Source of the DNA: a virus
Taxonomy: Duplodnaviria; Heunggongvirae; Uroviricota; Caudoviricetes
IMG/VR virus record: IMGVR_UViG_3300042888_001115
Location: 1-11,066 of that record
Direction: 5' to 3' (one strand)
Length of the DNA: 11,066 nucleotides
Shown here: positions 7,774-11,066 of the stretch, piece by piece
Layout of the letters: each line of letters begins with the position of its first letter
How positions within the stretch are numbered: position 1 is the first letter of the stretch
The notes under the pieces: generated by a model
What the model was told of the DNA's origin: nothing
What the model saw: the letters and a program-made list of their open reading frames with translations, nothing else
Database searches by the model: none
Position numbers and translations under genes: made by a program

Positions 7774-8498
7774 CTTGTAATTGTTCGTTTCCAAAACGGG
7801 TCTTTTGATTCTTGTGTTATATCACCTTCATCTAAGAATTGATAGTATAACTTCATTTGGGTTTCTTTCATCTTTGAAACAACCTTAGTTATATAGTGTG
7901 TTTTATAACCAGTCATTTCTCTCACCAATAAGTATAGTGATTTTTTATTAAATGATTCTATAAATTCTGCTCGTCTAAATAATTCTAATACAGCATCTGC
8001 AATCTGAATATCTCTTTTTTTAGAAAATTCTTTATTAAGATTTAAATCCCAATATTGTAACATTCTATCATTAAAAGTTTTAAATTCTTCGTTGTGTGAT
8101 GTTTGTTTAAAATCGTTTTCTAAATCCCAACTAACCGGCATTGCACTTAATTGTGATGTTGCTTTGAAACGTTTGTAGTTAGAATTGTTATTTAAGATAA
8201 GATAGTTACGAGCTGCAATTGTAAAGTAACTAAATGCTTTACCTTTACCTTCTTCAAATTTATGTATCTTCTCTAATAAGAAAGAAACTACTTCATGTTT
8301 GATATCTTCTTTATCATCATCAAAGTAAGTAAATCCCCAAGTGTTTAATACGTTTTCCGATAACTTATAAAATGAATAATGGATGTGTTCGGTATATAAT
8401 TTATTTCGTTCTCTATTATCATCCGATTTGTTATATGCGATAATAGCTGCTTCTGTCATTTCTGTAAAGTATCTAGTATCTTTTTTCTTTCTACCCAT
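7770..8498 (-). CDS. Phage RNA polymerase sigma factor (sigma70 region 2, T4 gp55-like N-half, plus a probable C-terminal region-4-like HTH), 242 aa
   Basis: 'YFTEMTEAAIIAYN' and 'EDIKHEVVSFLLEKIHKFEEGKGKAFSYFTIAARNYLI' resemble gp55/sigma region 2 (D..Q......L..I.kFD..k...F.Y.T....N.fi). The C-terminal 'KKSLYLLVREMTGYKTHYITKVVSKMK' has an HTH-like pattern. Confidence 0.75.
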   Translation of the reverse strand: MGRKKKDTRYFTEMTEAAIIAYNKSDDNRERNKLYTEHIHYSFYKLSENVLNTWGFTYFDDDKEDIKHEVVSFLLEKIHKFEEGKGKAFSYFTIAARNYLILNNNSNYKRFKATSQLSAMPVSWDLENDFKQTSHNEEFKTFNDRMLQYWDLNLNKEFSKKRDIQIADAVLELFRRAEFIESFNKKSLYLLVREMTGYKTHYITKVVSKMKETQMKLYYQFLDEGDITQESKDPFWKRTITR

Positions 8499-8751
8499 TA
8501 TTGTTTCCGTTTAATATTTTTTGGTTATTAGAAATAAGATTCTTTAAGTCTTGAAAGGTAGAGCCAACCTCATCATCCGATTCGAATGCTCCGGTTGAAT
8601 CAATTTCTTTCATAGCATTTAAAATTTGAATATAAGATTCTGTGTTAGCTGCGATTGCATCTTCGTATCTTTCTAATTTATTTAAAAGATTGTATATTCC
8701 ATAACCTGCTGCGGATAAGAATATAGTTAAAATTATTATTATTAATTCCAT
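8491..8751 (-). CDS. Small single-pass membrane protein with an acidic soluble domain, 86 aa
   Basis: Hydrophobic N-terminus 'LIIIILTIFLSAAGYGIYNLL', then a helical segment and 'EIDSTGAFESDDEVG'. Its TAG stop overlaps the sigma start by 8 nt (ATGGGTAG). Confidence 0.75.
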   Translation of the reverse strand: MELIIIILTIFLSAAGYGIYNLLNKLERYEDAIAANTESYIQILNAMKEIDSTGAFESDDEVGSTFQDLKNLISNNQKILNGNNNG

Positions 8752-8752
8752 A

Positions 8753-9370
8753 TTATGCTACCTCCCATCCTTGTTCTAAGTAAGTTGATAAATTCTTTTT
8801 CTTAACTGAAAGTGTTTCATTATCTTTCTTTAGGATAAATCTTTCGTTTCTACCTAATTTAGCAAATGTAGTTAATCTAACCGTTTCAGTATATTGTCTA
8901 TCTCTAATTGTCAATCCATTCAAATGGTCAATTTCATGTTGAACACAAACTGATTCTAATAAATCTACATCTCCAAATAATGCATTTATATCTTCGTGCT
9001 TTCTTTCTTTTGTAGAAAAATCTAATACATCAGGAAAGTTATCTGCTTTTACTTTAACACCATAAGAACGAACTGTCTTAATTGGTTTTTTCATTGTTTT
9101 AGGTAAAGATAAACATCCTTCAAAGTACATTATCTTTTCTTCGGTTTCTTCTACGATTGTAGGATTAACCAATACCAAAGGTTCTTCTCTAACATTGATT
9201 ACACAAATTCGTTTATTTAATCCTATTTGATTTGCACTCATACCTAACCCCTGGTGTTCGGTTACTGCGGTTAATAATGCAGCTGTTGCTAAATCTTGTT
9301 CTTCTTTTGTAAATGTTGTAGTAGGAATTGACTTTCTTAGAGCCGATGTGTCTGTTACTATTTTTATCAT
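8753..9370 (-). CDS. def: Peptide deformylase with a ~46-aa C-terminal extension, 205 aa
   Basis: All three PDF motifs are intact: GLGMSANQIG (motif 1), EGCLS (motif 2), QHEIDHLNG (motif 3). Confidence 0.95.
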   Translation of the reverse strand: MIKIVTDTSALRKSIPTTTFTKEEQDLATAALLTAVTEHQGLGMSANQIGLNKRICVINVREEPLVLVNPTIVEETEEKIMYFEGCLSLPKTMKKPIKTVRSYGVKVKADNFPDVLDFSTKERKHEDINALFGDVDLLESVCVQHEIDHLNGLTIRDRQYTETVRLTTFAKLGRNERFILKKDNETLSVKKKNLSTYLEQGWEVA

Positions 9371-9388
9371 ATGTAATTGTTTATAACT

Positions 9389-9420
9389 CTAATATACATT
9401 AAATAATTATACTTTCCAAA
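9389..9420 (-). promoter_or_regulatory. Bacteroidota housekeeping-sigma-type promoter (-33 TTTG, -7 TAnnTTTG-like)
   Basis: Minus strand TTTG (9420-9417), a 20-nt spacer, then TATATTAG (9396-9389; one mismatch to TAnnTTTG), 18 nt upstream of the def ATG. It sits in the largest intergenic gap of the window (63 nt). Confidence 0.6.
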
Positions 9421-9433
9421 TAATAATACGAAT

Positions 9434-9766
9434 TTATAATGCAAATGATTCACCACATCCGCAAGTTCGGGATGCGTTTGGATTCTCCCACGCAAACCCT
9501 TTACCATTCAATCCATCTGAATAAGTAAGTTGCGTACCAAATAAGTATAAAACTGATTTCTTATCTATTACTACTTTTAAACCACCATCGGCTTCTACTA
9601 CTTCATCCATATCGGTTATTGTAGTATCAAAGTCCATTGTGTATGATAAACCACTACACCCACCCCCTTTTACACCTACTCTTAAATTATGTGTATCTGG
9701 TGTCATTCCACTTTCCATCATTAGATTAACGACGTGAGTTAAGGCTTTTTCTGATATTGTTACCAT
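9434..9766 (-). CDS. iscA: A-type Fe-S cluster carrier (IscA/SufA/ErpA, HesB family), 110 aa
   Basis: 'LRVGVKGGGCSGLSY' and 'NPNASRTCGCGESF' supply the three conserved Cys. 'DKKSVLYLFGTQLTYSDGLNGKGF' resembles the Bacteroidota form as I recall it. Confidence 0.93.
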   Translation of the reverse strand: MVTISEKALTHVVNLMMESGMTPDTHNLRVGVKGGGCSGLSYTMDFDTTITDMDEVVEADGGLKVVIDKKSVLYLFGTQLTYSDGLNGKGFAWENPNASRTCGCGESFAL

Positions 9767-9774
9767 ACTAATAA

Positions 9775-10431
9775 TTATATCTTTTCAAAATATCCACCAA
9801 CATCAAATTTTGATTTCATATTAATTGAACCTGCTTCGTTTGGTACAAATTTAACAGGGTCTACTAATCTAAAATCAACCGATACTCTACTTTGGCTACT
9901 ATCATTGTTTTTATTACCATGATATAAGTTTGCGCCACTAAATACTAAAATTTCACCATAGTTTACTTTATATGGTTGGTAATCACCTTTATCTGCTTTA
10001 CTTTCCATCCAAATAGTGTTTTGTTCGTTGGTATTTACAAAGGGCATCCAAAAATTTACTTCCGATGTTCCATGATTGTAAGTGCTATCTTTATGCCATT
10101 CACCTACACCTAAATTACCTTCTGCTAATTGAACTCTAAATGTTGGAATATTCTGATAAATAATTTCATCATAACCAAACCTTTCTTTAAGTTCTTTAAC
10201 TAATTCTAAATAAGTTGGTAAGAATTGTGTTTTATATTTGTCGTAATATCTTTTATGCCAAATTGTAGATTGGTCCTTTTCTCTAACTAATAAATCATAG
10301 TGTTCTAATATATGTAAATCTTCTAATGGAATAGTATTCCCTTCCCATACTTCTAACATTTCTGAAACTATTTGTCTAAATGGATACTTTGTGGTATCGT
10401 AACTAATTTTGTAAGGTGTTTGTAAGTACAT
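9775..10431 (-). CDS. 2-oxoglutarate/Fe(II)-dependent dioxygenase-like protein (StrG-like), 218 aa
   Basis: Jelly-roll pattern 'PTFRVQL..GN.GVGEWHKD' (HxD at 10087-10095), 'EVNFWMPF', 'GEILVFSGANLYHGN' (distal His at 9919-9921) and 'RVSVDFR' (RxS 2OG-binding motif). Confidence 0.75.
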   Translation of the reverse strand: MYLQTPYKISYDTTKYPFRQIVSEMLEVWEGNTIPLEDLHILEHYDLLVREKDQSTIWHKRYYDKYKTQFLPTYLELVKELKERFGYDEIIYQNIPTFRVQLAEGNLGVGEWHKDSTYNHGTSEVNFWMPFVNTNEQNTIWMESKADKGDYQPYKVNYGEILVFSGANLYHGNKNNDSSQSRVSVDFRLVDPVKFVPNEAGSINMKSKFDVGGYFEKI

Positions 10432-10433
10432 AA

Positions 10434-11066
10434 CTAAAATAAATTATATTGTTGTTTTAATCGTAAATCGTTTTCTCTTATTGCATGGATTTCACTATCT
10501 GCATCTAAAATATTATTTGTTACCGATAATTCACCATCTATTCTATATCCTACCAATTTGTAATTTTGTTTTCTTCTATTTCTAGCTTTTACAAATAACC
10601 AATCATCTTGTCCCCATACTTTCATTTCTTCGGGTATTGGAGTGTAGTTTTCTTTATGAACAAATATTGCACAACCCCATCCACCGTGTCTATGTTCAAT
10701 CGGTTGTAATCCAAAACTTAAACTAGGATATGTATTGTATGGGATTTCATCTAATCCTATTAATCCAATTTCAGGTGTAATAAAATCATATAAGGTGTTC
10801 AATATCTGCCAATCCATCCAAATGTCATCATTTAGGATTAAAAGTTTATCATACTTTGCCATTTTTGCTCCTTTATTCCAAGGTGCAGTAACATATGTAT
10901 TTTTTCCTTCTAATATATGAATTAATTTTGGTAATTCTATTTTTAAATCATTTGGTGTATTATCTATTAAGATAATTTCCCCAACTAATTCATGTGCACT
11001 TAATTCTCTAAGTGTTTGTTGGAATCTATTACATTTCCACATTGTAGGTATAATAACTGAATACAT
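10434..11066 (-). CDS. Glycosyltransferase family 2 (GT-A fold), 210 aa
   Basis: Begins 'MYSVIIPT', then 'IILIDN', 'APWNKGAKMAKYDKLLILNDDI' (DxD-equivalent NDD) and 'WGQDDWL'. The start coincides with the window edge, but the sequence looks like a normal GT2 N-terminus. TAG stop 2 nt before the next ATG. Confidence 0.85.
   Translation of the reverse strand: MYSVIIPTMWKCNRFQQTLRELSAHELVGEIILIDNTPNDLKIELPKLIHILEGKNTYVTAPWNKGAKMAKYDKLLILNDDIWMDWQILNTLYDFITPEIGLIGLDEIPYNTYPSLSFGLQPIEHRHGGWGCAIFVHKENYTPIPEEMKVWGQDDWLFVKARNRRKQNYKLVGYRIDGELSVTNNILDADSEIHAIRENDLRLKQQYNLF

Noticed and set aside
7774-7794. TTG-initiated N-terminal extension (METNNYK) of the carbamoyltransferase in the ORF track
   Set aside because: ATG at 7773 gives the family-typical 'MRILGIS' start and a canonical ATGA overlap with the upstream stop.
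9775-10431. Calling the oxygenase a TET/JBP 5mC dioxygenase
   Set aside because: The motif layout (RxS, 'NFWMPF') is StrG/PhyH-like rather than TET/JBP, and no partner DNA methyltransferase is present in the window.
8491-10436. Stop-codon reassignment (TAG to Gln), as in some large Bacteroidota phages
   Set aside because: All genes are intact under code 11. TAG at 8491-8493 and 10434-10436 sits exactly at gene junctions, and TGA at 7770-7772 forms an ATGA overlap, so all three stop codons are in use.
522-10920. Short plus-strand ORFs (522-755, 1050-1280, 2050-2358, 2908-3126, 3358-3573, 4423-4611, 5617-5931, 6789-7022, 7230-7457, 7466-7747, 10735-10920)
   Set aside because: All lie antisense to well-supported minus-strand genes and have no recognisable motifs. 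They are consistent with shadow ORFs.
1-11066. tRNA, rRNA, CRISPR array, introns/inteins, transposases, Rho-independent terminators
   Set aside because: The largest intergenic gap is 63 nt. No repeats, GC-rich hairpins with U-tracts, or intein/homing-endonuclease motifs were seen by eye.

Overview
An AT-rich, gene-dense segment of a large contractile-tailed (myovirus-like) phage genome. It holds 13 complete genes and the first 8 codons of a 14th, all on the minus strand. In transcription order (right to left): GT2 glycosyltransferase, StrG-like 2OG-Fe(II) oxygenase, IscA/HesB Fe-S carrier, a Bacteroidota-type promoter, peptide deformylase with an unusual C-terminal tail, an 86-aa membrane-anchored protein, a gp55-like/ECF-like sigma factor, a NodU/CmcH O-carbamoyltransferase, an AT-rich putative late motif, a 139-aa helical protein, a gp5/gpV-like baseplate spike, a 454-aa protein with a C-terminal CHAP hydrolase, a 151-aa protein, gp25-like and gp6-like baseplate wedge proteins, and the start of a further gene. 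The host is inferred to be Bacteroidota from the promoter, the IscA type and the general lack of Shine-Dalgarno sites. The standard genetic code applies. The best candidates for new biology are the possible modification toolkit (GT2, oxygenase, carbamoyltransferase), the CHAP-bearing gene coupled to a lysozyme-less spike, the sigma/membrane-protein pair, and the deformylase carrying a SecA-tail-like extension. All family assignments come from motif recognition by eye; no database search was run.
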